A DNA stretch of 64,000 nucleotides, from positions 6,686,470 through 6,750,469 of the forward strand of contig OZ316897.1 in NCBI GenBank assembly GCA_973895155.1, in the 5' to 3' direction. How positions within the stretch are numbered: the first letter of the stretch is position 1; every line of letters starts with the position of its first letter. The stretch comes from Marsupella aquatica (Eukaryota > Plantae > Marchantiophyta). Made by a program: the position numbers and the translations under genes. Positions 63,701 through 64,000 of this stretch are shown piece by piece. The notes under the pieces are model-generated. The model did not search any database, was not told the origin of the DNA, and was given only the letters and a program-made list of their open reading frames with translations.

Positions 63701-64000
63701 GATTGTGGGTGCTCCTACCTCCCACAGGTGTTGGAACTCTTCAATTGCAGGTGGCAACCAAACTGAAGGATCTTTACATGCCTGGGGCCAGGTATGATTT
63801 CACGAAGCATAACGTGCCCTTTTTCATTGCATAACAAGGAGAAATATTCTGGTTTAGGAGTATCACAGGCCATGTGGACTTTGGTTTCCTCCTTTGCTTG
63901 TATGGGTTTACTCCATCCAATGCCAATCCCAATCGCACATTCTGTGGCTCCTCGACAAACTTAGGGAAAGTGGCATCAATGTGCTTCCAAGTAGGACTAT
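60757..64000 (-). mobile_element. Decayed CACTA (En/Spm) transposase, continuing beyond the window
   Basis: SPTWKHIDATFPKFVEEPQNVRLGLALDGVNPY (Transposase_21), IDPMYVEVNV, GPVHARWMYWVERYMKVLKSWV (DUF4218-like), YCGTIMDILE...KWY...DECGF (DUF4216-like). TTAACGTC-type motifs at 55610-55790, 60720-60870 and 63400-63560. Confidence 0.9.
61305..61590. mobile_element. AT-rich MITE, copy 2, inserted in the CACTA transposase
   Basis: GGGGGGTTAACTA...TAGTCAACCCCCC terminal inverted repeats; homologous to 54855-55121. Confidence 0.75.

Overview
Eukaryotic, repeat-rich land-plant genomic DNA. A bryophyte-like non-seed plant is my inference; the species cannot be established from the window. A central gene island (~17.7-32.6 kb) holds three intron-containing genes: STRAP (WD40), a bifunctional animal-COASY-like PPAT-DPCK CoA synthase, and a divergent HD-superfamily gene. 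It is flanked by transposons: a 5'-truncated L1-type LINE, a CACTA transposase relic, hAT and Copia scraps, MITEs, and a 4-kb solo-LTR-like insert carrying its own long ORF. The main result is two diverged, decayed Ty3/Gypsy elements (3460-12492 +; 41103-51128 -) plus a related solo unit (13843-14310), with an architecture I do not know from DDE-integrase retrotransposons. (1) The polyprotein order is Gag-PR-[DNMT3/DRM-like C5 cytosine methyltransferase]-RT-RNaseH-IN-[PHD finger]. (2) The repeats are split direct repeats, A1-internal-B1-GC-A2-B2, instead of two LTRs. (3) An internal palindromic end-to-end junction CACGACA-GC-TGTCA is identical in both families. (4) The outer termini are TGTCA...CGACA with a 4-bp TSD. 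(5) A self-complementary (Tf1-like) primer site follows A1 and a G-rich PPT precedes B1. The simplest model is inference: reverse transcription makes LTRs of the form B-GC-A, the cDNA closes into a 2-LTR circle, and integrase opens the circle at an att site in the middle of an LTR.
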